Of a DNA stretch of 38,519 nucleotides, positions 8,312 through 17,930 are shown piece by piece (position 1 is the stretch's first letter; each line of letters starts with the position of its first letter). This stretch comes from a virus (Duplodnaviria > Caudoviricetes). Both the position numbers and the translations under genes were made by a program. Under the pieces are notes generated by a model that was given only the letters and a program-made list of their open reading frames with translations, did not search any database and was not told the origin of the DNA. Where the stretch lies: positions 1 to 38,519 of the IMG/VR virus record IMGVR_UViG_3300037310_000135. The stretch is one strand, 5' to 3'.

Positions 8312-9834
8312 TAGTTTGTGGATGATTTCTCTCCTTCCTCACACGCCCGGACTCCTAACTGATAGAGTTTCGGTGCGTCGGTTCCGTTCGAAGTGAAGGC
8401 CGCTTTAATCTGTAGGGCCTTGCCGTTGAAGTTTATCGGAGACGTATAATAGGTCTTCGAGGTCGTGGAGAAAGTTTGTGGCTGTGAGTAAGAATCCGAG
8501 GTAGAGTCTACCCGCCCGGAAACGACGATTGCACACGACGCGGGCATTGAAGATGTCACCGCAGTAAACTTGTCCCATCTCTTAGCGACTTCAGGTTTCG
8601 AGTCGTCAATGACGACTGATTCGTAGACCGCGTTCGAGCTTCGTGAGGCTGTAGCGTAGACCATCTGCTGATGCGCCCAAGAACTTGTGTTCCCGTCATA
8701 GTGAGCGAGAAGCATGTCTTTCCCTGAAGAGTAGAGCGCAATAGGATAGTGGTTTGAATAGTCGGTCGTACTGCACCTGCGAGCCAAAACGAGAGCCAAG
8801 GGTTTGTCGTCCTGAACCTGACCAAGGGCATAGATTCCTGATTTATCTGTCTTAGCGATTCCAAAGTAGAGGACGTTATCAACGATTGTCATAGTCCTCG
8901 GAGAGACCGACCAGTTATACGCCCCTGTAGGAGTGTTGTAGTCTATATCTATGTTCGCAAGTTCGTGCGTGAGGAACGGCTTTTTACCCAGGAGTTCAAA
9001 GATACGAAGTTTAGCCGAAGCCGAACCGCCGGAGATACAGAACACTCGGACTGACTCCGTGTGGTTTTTGATTGCTTGAGGATTCCCCGTAGGAATGAAC
9101 ACCGAGTCTATAAACCCAGTCGTAGCCGTCGCGTCCCAGTAAAAGACCGCCGACTCGCCGGAAGACTGTGCCGAAGGCGAGCAGAGGATAGCGATGTTAT
9201 TCGCGACGTTCTCCATATCTACAACTCTCCAGCCCGAAGGAAGCGTAAAGGCCGCGTTGGTATAGGTTCCAGTCCCGTCTACTCTGGCCACATACTTTCC
9301 ATGACCTATAAAGAGTTCGCCCTGACGAATAAGCGTCGGGAGCCTCCCACCGGCGTCAGAAACTCCTGTAAGAGTTCCCACTGAAGACTCTGACGGACTC
9401 CCAGCGATGTTACCGTACTTGTAGAGGGAATTAGTCCCCGTGACGTAATAGAGATGCTTTGTGCCGTCGTCCCACTCAAGACATTCTAGGAACGAATCAG
9501 TGAGAGAGTTCTGACCTGACGTAAGATACGCCGCCCAGGTGGTAGATCCTAAGCCTGAAGTCATGCCGTTGGCCCGCTTCCATATCTTAGCTTTCCCGCC
9601 AGAGCTGTCCGAGAGAGCATAGATATTCGTCCCGTCATCGGCGAAATCCCACGCGCCACGCTCGATAACCGAGTCAGCGGTGAAGATGGTTTCCGGCTGG
9701 ACGTAATCAGGGTTCGTAAAGATATCCAACTCCTCGACGTTCATGGCCGTCCCGATGTTCCTGTCCCGTTCGCCCACTACAATTCCACCGTAGAACGGTT
9801 TTACGCGGAAAGTCTTGATGTCGCCAATACTCAT
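8311..9834 (-). CDS. Tail nozzle/stabilisation protein (P22 gp10/T7 gp12-like position), beta-rich
   Basis: N-terminal FYGG..N.DIFT, beta-propeller-like composition, C-terminal LQIKAAF..PKL; gene position. Confidence 0.6.
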   Translation of the reverse strand: MSIGDIKTFRVKPFYGGIVVGERDRNIGTAMNVEELDIFTNPDYVQPETIFTADSVIERGAWDFADDGTNIYALSDSSGGKAKIWKRANGMTSGLGSTTWAAYLTSGQNSLTDSFLECLEWDDGTKHLYYVTGTNSLYKYGNIAGSPSESSVGTLTGVSDAGGRLPTLIRQGELFIGHGKYVARVDGTGTYTNAAFTLPSGWRVVDMENVANNIAILCSPSAQSSGESAVFYWDATATTGFIDSVFIPTGNPQAIKNHTESVRVFCISGGSASAKLRIFELLGKKPFLTHELANIDIDYNTPTGAYNWSVSPRTMTIVDNVLYFGIAKTDKSGIYALGQVQDDKPLALVLARRCSTTDYSNHYPIALYSSGKDMLLAHYDGNTSSWAHQQMVYATASRSSNAVYESVVIDDSKPEVAKRWDKFTAVTSSMPASCAIVVSGRVDSTSDSYSQPQTFSTTSKTYYTSPINFNGKALQIKAAFTSNGTDAPKLYQLGVRACEEGEKSSTN

Positions 9835-9837
9835 GGT

Positions 9838-11739
9838 TTAGGTGTTATCTATCTCGAACGTCCAGACCGTCGAGTTCTTTGTTTCGTGTGTCCAGACGAC
9901 AATCGCCACGCTGGGGCTTGGACTGACTGAGGACGATGGACTCTGTGACGGCGATGCGCTCGAAGAAACCGACGGGCTTGCTGATGGAGACCCAGAACTT
10001 GACGGACTCCCGGAAGCAGACGGACTCTGCGACGCTGACGGACTCTGTGACCCCGACGGGCTTGTGCTTGGAGAAACCGACGATGACGGGCTTACAGAGG
10101 AGGAGCTTGATGGGGAGTTGCTTGCTGACGGTGAAACCGAAGCCGAAGGACTCAGGCTCGGAGAAGCCGAGCTTGATGGGCTAAATGAAGGGCTTGCCGA
10201 AGGGCTTGTCGAAGGCGAGATTGAGGCCGATGGGGATATGCTCGCCGAGGGCGACAGCGAAGGACTCACAGATGCCGAGGGGCTTTCACTCGGAGAGACG
10301 CTTGCGCTCGGTGATGTAGACGGTGAAATGCTAGAAGACGGACTCGTTGATGGCGAGACCGATGCACTGGGGCTTACTGAAGCCGAAGGTGAAATCGAGG
10401 AACTCGGACTTCCGGCACTCGGACTGACCGAAGATGACGGCGATGTACTCGGACTCACTGAACTCGAAGGCGATATACTCGCGCTGGGAGAAAGTGAGGG
10501 TGAGACACTAGAACTAGGGCTTACGCTAGATGAGGGCGAAGTTGAAGGACTTACACTCGAAGAAGGCGAAACTGACGCACTAGGCGACAGTGAAGGGCTG
10601 ACACTTGAGGAGGGGGAAACAGAGGGGCTTACAGAGGAAGAGGGAGAACCCGCAGCCGCATGAGTCACTACGAGCTTAGGGTCGGTGCTTGTGCCGCTTG
10701 TATCAGCAAAGTCACAGTTGCCACCGTTTTGCCCTACACCAGGATTCCCGCTCAACCCAGTGTTCAGAAAGTCTATGCTGTCACGGAGCCCAAGTTTTGT
10801 AATACCAGTCTTCGAGATGTTCCCGATTCCAGTAGCATTGAGAGTGAAATCAGCATATACATTGTCCGCTGGCCAGCTGGAATACGAGAGTGTCGTGTCC
10901 GACTGCGCAGTCGTATCCCATTTTGTGATGTCAAAATCAGTTGACGCAATGGCCGTGTTTGACGCGGGTGCGCACTTGTCGAGTCGAACAGTATTTCCAC
11001 CACCATTCAGATAGTTTTGGGTCGGGCCTCCATTCCCAGCGATTGAGAATGTCGCAGCACTTATCGAATCTGAGTCTGGTATTGAGGAGGTATCAAACAG
11101 GTAGATGGCCCTGTTCATCTGGCGCAAGTAGTTGTAGTTGCTGCTACCATTCAACAAACGGAGCAGGTAGTTGTTTATACTGTCGTTTGCAGATGCCGCA
11201 CTGTCGTCAGGGTTCGTCGCATTTCCAGCGTGCGCCCGAACTGTCGCAAAGGCAGTATCAGAACCAGTCCATCCACACGTTCCGTCAACAGTAGTGCTCT
11301 CTGTGTGTGGGTCAGGGTAGAACGTACTCGTCGTGTAGGCGTACTGCCATGTCGGAGCCAACGGGAAGAAGCTCGGCCTCCATGCGCCAACGTGGAACCG
11401 CTCTCGCTCATAGATTTTGTACGCCTCTTGAATCTCTTCCCAGTGAGAGCGTATGATGTTGCCCCACTTGGCACCAGGTCTAAAGTCGGAACGATAGAGT
11501 CCACCGCCTTCGTCTGCGGTGACAGAGTTTTTCCTTACGGCTACAATCTTCCCGTAGTCTTTCGGGATGTGCAGGAGGTCACGGCCATACTCAGAATTAG
11601 CCAGCCACCGCATGAATCCACCCTGAAGACGGAACCATTCGTTCTCGTTGGTTCTCTTGATGCCACCCTTGCCGATTTCGTTGTCGGGGATGTCCCAATG
11701 CTTTCCTTTTCCTGTCCAAAAGTTGAACTTAGACGGCAT
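9838..11739 (-). CDS. Putative virion surface protein with mucin-like Ser/Pro repeat stalk
   Basis: Beta-rich domain (FYPDP..VDG..FDTSSIP..ISKTG.TKLGLR..DPKLVVTH), then ~245 aa of SPS-based repeats and a WTHETKN/WTFE tail. Confidence 0.75.
   Translation of the reverse strand: MPSKFNFWTGKGKHWDIPDNEIGKGGIKRTNENEWFRLQGGFMRWLANSEYGRDLLHIPKDYGKIVAVRKNSVTADEGGGLYRSDFRPGAKWGNIIRSHWEEIQEAYKIYERERFHVGAWRPSFFPLAPTWQYAYTTSTFYPDPHTESTTVDGTCGWTGSDTAFATVRAHAGNATNPDDSAASANDSINNYLLRLLNGSSNYNYLRQMNRAIYLFDTSSIPDSDSISAATFSIAGNGGPTQNYLNGGGNTVRLDKCAPASNTAIASTDFDITKWDTTAQSDTTLSYSSWPADNVYADFTLNATGIGNISKTGITKLGLRDSIDFLNTGLSGNPGVGQNGGNCDFADTSGTSTDPKLVVTHAAAGSPSSSVSPSVSPSSSVSPSLSPSASVSPSSSVSPSTSPSSSVSPSSSVSPSLSPSASISPSSSVSPSTSPSSSVSPSAGSPSSSISPSASVSPSASVSPSTSPSSSISPSTSPSASVSPSESPSASVSPSLSPSASISPSASISPSTSPSASPSFSPSSSASPSLSPSASVSPSASNSPSSSSSVSPSSSVSPSTSPSGSQSPSASQSPSASGSPSSSGSPSASPSVSSSASPSQSPSSSVSPSPSVAIVVWTHETKNSTVWTFEIDNT
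9908..10647 (-). repeat. Coding Ser/Pro repeat (SPS[SA]S[VIQ] and SPS[TL] units)
   Basis: Direct from the translation; the nucleotide copies are diverged at synonymous positions. Confidence 0.95.
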
Positions 11740-12076
11740 TATCTGTCAGGTTAGAAATTGGATACCCCGCAACCTCGGCATCATCCTCGGCTGTGTTTAG
11801 CTGGAAGTCTGCAATCGTATGCCCCATCGCTTCTACACGGGTCTTGATTTTGTTGTTGAGCCACTTGCGGAGCTGGTTTGATGTGAGGTCTGAAGTAAAA
11901 GTAAACCTTCGCTGGGCTACCAAAGCCGACCTACGATAGCGAGTCACATCAACCAGATTCCCGTCACGGTCTGGTTCCTGCTCAGTCGTCACCGAACCAC
12001 GGTACAACTTTACATGTACCGAGTATCGGTTCTCATCCTTACTCCACGAGGAGATTTTGTAGTCTAGTGTTGCCAT
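11729..12076 (-). CDS. Hypothetical protein (possible virion component)
   Basis: 115 aa ORF overlapping both neighbours. Confidence 0.6.
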   Translation of the reverse strand: MATLDYKISSWSKDENRYSVHVKLYRGSVTTEQEPDRDGNLVDVTRYRRSALVAQRRFTFTSDLTSNQLRKWLNNKIKTRVEAMGHTIADFQLNTAEDDAEVAGYPISNLTDNAV

Positions 12077-13641
12077 TTCTTAGTAAGTTCTAATCCACTA
12101 CCCCAGCCCTCAATCTCCCAGCTCTCTGTCCAACCCTTTGTATACTTTTGATTTCTGAACTGTTCCTTCTTCCGCCGCGATGAGGTCATGTTCCCTCCGT
12201 GTCGAATGTCCACGTTAGGAACATCGGAACGCCAGACATCAGAACCATAGTCGTCTACCCTTTCTGGCCTCCTATGAGTACCAGGCTCGAAGCCCATCTT
12301 CCGAGAGAAACCCTCACTCTCTACTCTCCTAATCCTTTCTTTGTAGTGCTGTATTAAAAGCTGTCGGTTCGCGCACAGTCCTGATAGCTGTCGGCAGTCA
12401 TCCACCTTGAGGCAGAACCCGTCGTCCCACAATTTCCAGACATTCACATTGTAATAATAGGTGCCATCGCGGGGTGGCGTGAAAAGAAAGTGCGACGGGT
12501 CATACAAAACGTCATGCTCACAGAAGAACACATAGTCTCCCCCGGACGCTTCGAGTGCTGCGAGGATTTGCCGGAACATTGTCAGATAGCCCCTCTCGGC
12601 CTCGATAACGATATTCTTCCCGAAGTCCAGAGGCTTCAGAGATGCGGACACTATCGGTAAACCTGATTTCAATAACTGCTCTCTTACGGGAACCGCGATC
12701 TTCTCGTCTAACTGATTATCCGTGTAATAGATGATGGATTTCGTGGCTTTCCACTGTTCGGGCTTGAACTTGTCTATGAGCCACCAGATAGACCTCTTAG
12801 CGAGCGGCCACGCACCCCGTTGGAACATATCCCGCGAAGTCTGCCGGGCGTGGTCTACTTGCGCCCCCTTCAGCTCATACGGAAATGAGAAGTCCCCACC
12901 CTGAGTCCTGAACATGTGGGCGTACCACGTCTTCCGATTGCAAATGACCCTCCCGCCGGATAACCAAGTTTTACACGCCACCTCAACGCCTTGCTGACCC
13001 CACGAGCCAAAGGACTCGTCTGAAATATTCAGCTCCCAGTATTTCTCCCTCGTGAGCATGAAAAACGAACCCTGCAGACTCATTGTTTCCACTAAATCTC
13101 CCTCCTGCTTCCGCTTCTGCTCGTTGTGATATTGAAAGTGAAGCGTCTTATCGAACGTGTACGCGGTACTCTGGGGCGACTCTTTGCCAATCCACCTAAC
13201 GTCCTTGGTTGTTGGCTTCGCGCACTCAGTGCATGGCCCGCTTGGTCCCTGATACCGTCTGTGGCCGTCCCCGCACACCCAGTCAAAGGCGTGGAGATTT
13301 CTCATAACAGGAACCACCGTCCAATCCTCCTGCATGTCTGCTAAAAGAATCCTGTCAAAGCCCTTATCAAACGCACAGTGAGCGTCGGTCTTCGCAACAT
13401 ACTTTCCTTTCGCCAACCTACAGGCTAAGTTCGTCGCGGCTCTCTGGCCAACGGATTCGTTCAGTTTCACCACCGTGACCCTCGGATCTACCGGGATTTC
13501 TGGGATGGGAACTTCGTAGCCATCTAGCACCGCTATAATCTCGGTGTCAGCCTCTATGTTCTCTAGGAGGTTTTGAATCGTAATCCCCAGGAACTCTTCA
13601 TTCTTTGCTGGAATGAGGATGCTCAGGTCCATCGTCCCCAT
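12064..13641 (-). CDS. Two-domain GT-A glycosyltransferase (N-terminal domain ppGalNAc-T-like)
   Basis: LSILIPAKNE, KTDAHC, WGQQGVEVACKTWLSGG..YAHMFR; second domain SIIYYTDN..FFCEHDVLY. Confidence 0.85.
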   Translation of the reverse strand: MGTMDLSILIPAKNEEFLGITIQNLLENIEADTEIIAVLDGYEVPIPEIPVDPRVTVVKLNESVGQRAATNLACRLAKGKYVAKTDAHCAFDKGFDRILLADMQEDWTVVPVMRNLHAFDWVCGDGHRRYQGPSGPCTECAKPTTKDVRWIGKESPQSTAYTFDKTLHFQYHNEQKRKQEGDLVETMSLQGSFFMLTREKYWELNISDESFGSWGQQGVEVACKTWLSGGRVICNRKTWYAHMFRTQGGDFSFPYELKGAQVDHARQTSRDMFQRGAWPLAKRSIWWLIDKFKPEQWKATKSIIYYTDNQLDEKIAVPVREQLLKSGLPIVSASLKPLDFGKNIVIEAERGYLTMFRQILAALEASGGDYVFFCEHDVLYDPSHFLFTPPRDGTYYYNVNVWKLWDDGFCLKVDDCRQLSGLCANRQLLIQHYKERIRRVESEGFSRKMGFEPGTHRRPERVDDYGSDVWRSDVPNVDIRHGGNMTSSRRKKEQFRNQKYTKGWTESWEIEGWGSGLELTKKWQH

Positions 13642-14360
13642 CCGTCCGGGTTCGCTACGAGAACTCCGTTGGCTTTATTCTCTTTGAAAATAGGCTGCAT
13701 CATCTTCCACATTTGATATAAACTCTTCGTCCTGTAATGCTCGGTCTTTTTCAATCTCGGCGTTTTAATCTGGTTTAGTAACAACTCATCATAGTGTCCG
13801 TACGGAACACCCCTCCGCTTCAACCGCTCTATTAAATCTTTATCTTCCGGCCCGTAGTATTCAAATCTCTCGTCGAATCCCCCTGCGTCCATGAACTCCT
13901 TTTTAAGCACCGCGGTCACTCCTGGGTAATGATTCCCCGTGGCGAACATGGCTTCTAGCCCGTCCTCGAACCCTCGACGAATCACCTGGAAGAACGTCGG
14001 GTCTACCATGATGTCTGCACAGGAGACTACTGTTACTTGCCCGACCGAGTTAATAACCGACAGATTCCTCGCGTGAGCCATGTGGTAATGGTCTCTACCT
14101 GTATATCTGACGCTCCGAATCGTCACCGGGCCTCGCATAGAAACAGCATCCATCCAGTCTCTTAGTCCGTCCTGTGAGTTATAGTTAAGAACCAGAATCT
14201 CTACGGGAGGACTCATAATGGCCGCCATGATGACCGATGGGAGGGCTTCCTTTAAGTCCTCTAACCGATTCATACACGGGACGCAGTAAGAGATTACTCC
14301 TGCGTTGATGTCGACAGGGAGTGCTCCGATGGCTTCAGAATATCGGGGTTCGGTATCCAT
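13623..14360 (-). CDS. GT2/GT7C-like glycosyltransferase
   Basis: ISYCVPCMNR, HMAHARN, CADI, GGFDERFEYYGPEDKDLIERL. Confidence 0.85.
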   Translation of the reverse strand: MDTEPRYSEAIGALPVDINAGVISYCVPCMNRLEDLKEALPSVIMAAIMSPPVEILVLNYNSQDGLRDWMDAVSMRGPVTIRSVRYTGRDHYHMAHARNLSVINSVGQVTVVSCADIMVDPTFFQVIRRGFEDGLEAMFATGNHYPGVTAVLKKEFMDAGGFDERFEYYGPEDKDLIERLKRRGVPYGHYDELLLNQIKTPRLKKTEHYRTKSLYQMWKMMQPIFKENKANGVLVANPDGWGRWT

Positions 14361-15202
14361 AGTCTTCTGTCATCCGGCCACGTTGGGACTGGCCAGAATC
14401 TTTCAATGAGCCACTCCAAGGGGTAAATCTGCTTATCCCACGCCTTCTTGAAGTGAAACCATTTCTTCGTGTGCGTCGCGCCGATAGTTAACTGTGAGTG
14501 GTCTAGCGAATACCCCCGGCCGTATTTCTTGCCCTTATGCAAATGGGCATACCAGGTCTTTTTATTCGTCATGGCCTTACCGCCCGATAGCCACGCTTTG
14601 AGCAAAATCTCCTGTGCTTCATTCCAGAAGGTTCCGTAGTTCTTGTCGTCCATCAGCTCAAGCTCGTAGAAGTAATCCTTGTGCATGAACCAACAGGAAC
14701 CCTGTGCGCTCATGTTCTCGTCTATCTCGATGTCTTTTCGCTCTAAGGCTCTCTGGGTCCAAATCTTTCCATTAAGACCAGGGCCACCAAAATCATTAGG
14801 GTCGCTCGGGTAAGAAAGGAACTCATAGTCTACATCGGGTTTACCTACGTCCTGAATACACCAGTTCTCCGCGTCTAATCGCTTCCGGCGGGGGATGACG
14901 ACCCAGTTCTTCTCAATGTTCTCTGCCAGCTTTACATCAAACCCCTCGTCTAACATGCAATGCCCGTCTAACTTCATTATTAACTCTCCCTTCGAGATCG
15001 CCACCCCCTCGTTGATGGAAGCCCTCATACCTCTCGGAGAACCATGAATGATTGACTTTACTCGCGGGTCAGTAGGTAAATCCTGCTGGCCCCCGTCTAA
15101 CACCGCAATCACTTCAATCTCCCCCCTAGAGTTCTTGAGGATGTCTTCGACTGTCTTAGAAAGGAACTGCTCCTGCCGTGATGGGATGACTACTGAAATC
15201 AT
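14294..15202 (-). CDS. GT-A glycosyltransferase, paralog of the 12064-13641 N-terminal domain (ppGalNAc-T-like)
   Basis: ISVVIPSRQE, KLDGHC, WNEAQEILLKAWLSGG..WYAHL. Confidence 0.85.
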   Translation of the reverse strand: MISVVIPSRQEQFLSKTVEDILKNSRGEIEVIAVLDGGQQDLPTDPRVKSIIHGSPRGMRASINEGVAISKGELIMKLDGHCMLDEGFDVKLAENIEKNWVVIPRRKRLDAENWCIQDVGKPDVDYEFLSYPSDPNDFGGPGLNGKIWTQRALERKDIEIDENMSAQGSCWFMHKDYFYELELMDDKNYGTFWNEAQEILLKAWLSGGKAMTNKKTWYAHLHKGKKYGRGYSLDHSQLTIGATHTKKWFHFKKAWDKQIYPLEWLIERFWPVPTWPDDRRLWIPNPDILKPSEHSLSTSTQE

Positions 15203-15936
15203 GTGTAGTGTTCTCTGCGAGTCTGTAGCCGTGGCCGGACATCGAGGTTCCTCGTAAAGAACCCGTCAAGGATTGTTTTCAATTCAGCAAGTTTCCCCTG
15301 GAGGTATTCCACGTTCGGGAGTCCCCGTGCCGAGGCGTAATCCATCGCGGCTTCGAGGGTAATCATCCTGTGGAATGGTTCGGGGATTCCCGGCTGCTGA
15401 GTCGTGTCCGCTGAAGTAAACGGATCGGGTGAACGCTGGAAGTATGCTTTAAGCCCCTCGTCAATCGTAACCGAACCCGTGAGGGGCTTCGGGAATAACT
15501 TAATCGAGTTTCCGACTAACTTGTAATACGCTGGGATAGACCCCGACGTGTAAAGCCTATTTAAGTCCGCTTCGCTCACGTCGGTATGCTGCAGGACTAC
15601 CTCGATTCCCGAAGTATCTAGCACCGAAACTTTGAGGAGCTTCATCAAGGTTGAACCGTTGGCCCCGTCGTATCGCCCCGGGAGGGTGTAGTCCTCCTGA
15701 CCGCTTACTAAATCCGCCGTCGCGATAGGATGGTCCGAAAGGTTAAAATCGTCCCACACCCAGCGGGTATCAAGGCCCATCACATACGCAGTCGTCTTTA
15801 AGTAAGCCTGATTTACGAGGCCCGTTACCTGCTTGAGGAGTGTAGAGTCCCCGGAAATTCCACCATCGGGAAAGTTCAGCAACATCTCCATGTCCTGAAT
15901 TAGTCCATTCTTGTTCGTCGTGTCATTGAAGACCAT
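15199..15936 (-). CDS. Head-tail adaptor/connector protein
   Basis: VNQAY..W.WDD..DLVSGQEDYTLP..P.YY..LFPKP..P.IPEPFH..AA.DY pattern typical of podovirus-like adaptors. Confidence 0.7.
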   Translation of the reverse strand: MVFNDTTNKNGLIQDMEMLLNFPDGGISGDSTLLKQVTGLVNQAYLKTTAYVMGLDTRWVWDDFNLSDHPIATADLVSGQEDYTLPGRYDGANGSTLMKLLKVSVLDTSGIEVVLQHTDVSEADLNRLYTSGSIPAYYKLVGNSIKLFPKPLTGSVTIDEGLKAYFQRSPDPFTSADTTQQPGIPEPFHRMITLEAAMDYASARGLPNVEYLQGKLAELKTILDGFFTRNLDVRPRLQTRREHYT

Positions 15937-16015
15937 AGTTGTAATTTATTGCCACATATCTGCCCCGCAGGACACGCTCAGAGGCGCGTAGAGGAGGGCC
16001 ATGCGGTGCAGGTAT

Positions 16016-17005
16016 CTAGTAATTATTACAAACCTCCACTACCCGTTCCGCTTCTGAATCGCTGCACATTGAAGGAAGTAAGACCCCGTGTTCGTAGAGC
16101 CACTTTGCTCTCCGCCCGGTCTTTCCTTTGAACATCGGTTGCATAGTCATCGGCCGGAAGAAGTGCCTCGTCTCGATTCCGTGTTCCTTGAGGTGGCGCA
16201 TGAAGTCGTCCCGGTTCTCTACAACTCTCCCGTACATCCAGTGGACGTGCTTAACATTGGGCTTCGTTGGGAGGGGCATACCGACCTTCAAGTGTAAATC
16301 GTAATACTTCGCCCGCCAGATTCGCTCTCCGATCCTCTTGTCCCACTCTTTTAATTCTGAAAGCCCGTGGGTGGCTCCATAAGGGTTCATCCTCATTCCG
16401 TACCCGATACCGTTATGACGGTATTCCGGCCCGAACCGATAACTCCTTAATTGCCTAAGTTCCTCTGCAAGGTTCTTATTGTCTGTGACCACGGCTCCGC
16501 CTTCGCCTGTTGAGATAATCTTATTTGAATAGAAGCTAAAACATCCAGCGAATCCGAGCCGACCTGCATAGGTGTCATCATAAGTAGCTCCGTGGGCTTC
16601 GGCCGCGTCTTCAATGACGGGGAGACCGATTTCCTTGAGGTCAGCCATGTCCGCAGGGTGTCCATATATGTGAACGGGGATAATGGCTTTCGTTTTCTTG
16701 GTGACTTGGATTTTCGAGACATCTATATTTCCATTATCCTCTACGTCTACAAAGACTGGCCTCGCCCCGCACTCGACGACCGCATTAGCAGTCGCGACCA
16801 TCGTAAACTCTGGAACGATTACCTCGTCACCCTTACCGATTCCTAGAGCCTTTAGGGTGAGGAATAACGCTGTCCCGCCGGAGTTCACGGCCACACAGTG
16901 CTTCGCGCCGATCTTCGCCTTAAACTCGTTCTCAAACTGCTCTACGATTGCGTAGGATGCCTTCGCGGGGTTACAGAAGTTAATTGAAGTCCCACTTGTC
17001 TCCAT
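16016..17005 (-). CDS. DegT/DnrJ/EryC1/StrS PLP-dependent sugar aminotransferase (perosamine synthase-like)
   Basis: NSGGTAL, IIPVHIYGHP, IEDAAEAHG, FSFYSNKIISTGEGG (PLP lysine). Confidence 0.93.
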   Translation of the reverse strand: METSGTSINFCNPAKASYAIVEQFENEFKAKIGAKHCVAVNSGGTALFLTLKALGIGKGDEVIVPEFTMVATANAVVECGARPVFVDVEDNGNIDVSKIQVTKKTKAIIPVHIYGHPADMADLKEIGLPVIEDAAEAHGATYDDTYAGRLGFAGCFSFYSNKIISTGEGGAVVTDNKNLAEELRQLRSYRFGPEYRHNGIGYGMRMNPYGATHGLSELKEWDKRIGERIWRAKYYDLHLKVGMPLPTKPNVKHVHWMYGRVVENRDDFMRHLKEHGIETRHFFRPMTMQPMFKGKTGRRAKWLYEHGVLLPSMCSDSEAERVVEVCNNY

Positions 17006-17930
17006 TGAGGTTGAAGTATTGAATCGTCTCCGCGAGTCCCTGCACGAACGGCATCTCCGGCCGCGTCCCTATCGTCTCAAAGAGCTTTGTATTGTCAGAC
17101 TGTAAGTGCCAGATTTCCCACGGCCTCATTCTTGCTGGGTCGGGTTCTACCGCGACCTCTTTGCCCATCAGCCTTCCTATCATCTTTGCTAAGTCGTAAA
17201 TCTGAATCCCTGCTTCGGAACCCATGTTGTATACTTCTCCAGGGGTTCCTTTTTCCAGTAATTCGACGGCCATCTTTACCGCGTCGCCAGCATACTGAAA
17301 ATCACGGAAACTATTATTACCAAGACGAATAGTATTGCCTCGTGCGACTTGGGTAATAATCTCTGGAATAACGTACGGGTGGGTTTCTCGTGGTCCATAA
17401 CAGTTAAATTGCCTCATCGCGATTACGGGTGCCCCGGCTTCTTTAGCTCTTACCTGCACCATGCCATCGGCGAAGACCTTGGCTACCCCGTAGGTCGAGT
17501 GTGCCTCAATCGGTGTCGCCTCGTTCTTCTTACCGTCTAGCTTTCCGTAAATCTCTGCGCTCGATACCTGGAGGATTTTCTTGGCTCCGGCTTCTTGCGC
17601 GGCCTGGATAACCTTGAGCGCACCCATGGCGTTGATTTCAGCGACGTGGACTGGCCGCTCAAAGGATACTGGTATATAAGGCTCCGCTGCATAGTTGAAC
17701 ACGTACTCTGCCCCAAAAGAAGCCAGAACCTTCCGAGTGTTCTCCTCGGACTGCGTGATGTCATGCCAGAGAAACTGCGCCTTCTTGTTGACGAACTTCC
17801 GATGACCGCTGATAAGATTATCTAAAACTAAGACCTCACAGCTCCTGTCTTCGATAAGGTGGTCTACGAGGTGCGAACCTAAGAATCCGGCCCCGCCGAC
17901 GACTACGCACTTAGAATCTCTGATTTCCAT
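16980..17930 (-). CDS. NAD-dependent nucleotide-sugar epimerase/dehydratase (extended SDR)
   Basis: GGAGFLGS, SSAEIYG, YGVAK, FNCYGPRE. Confidence 0.93.
   Translation of the reverse strand: MEIRDSKCVVVGGAGFLGSHLVDHLIEDRSCEVLVLDNLISGHRKFVNKKAQFLWHDITQSEENTRKVLASFGAEYVFNYAAEPYIPVSFERPVHVAEINAMGALKVIQAAQEAGAKKILQVSSAEIYGKLDGKKNEATPIEAHSTYGVAKVFADGMVQVRAKEAGAPVIAMRQFNCYGPRETHPYVIPEIITQVARGNTIRLGNNSFRDFQYAGDAVKMAVELLEKGTPGEVYNMGSEAGIQIYDLAKMIGRLMGKEVAVEPDPARMRPWEIWHLQSDNTKLFETIGTRPEMPFVQGLAETIQYFNLNGDKWDFN

Noticed and set aside
9842-10663. 273-aa acidic plus-strand ORF (EGL/DGE repeats)
   Set aside because: Antisense shadow of the Ser/Pro repeat; the minus-strand ORF is continuous with folded domains and fits the operon.
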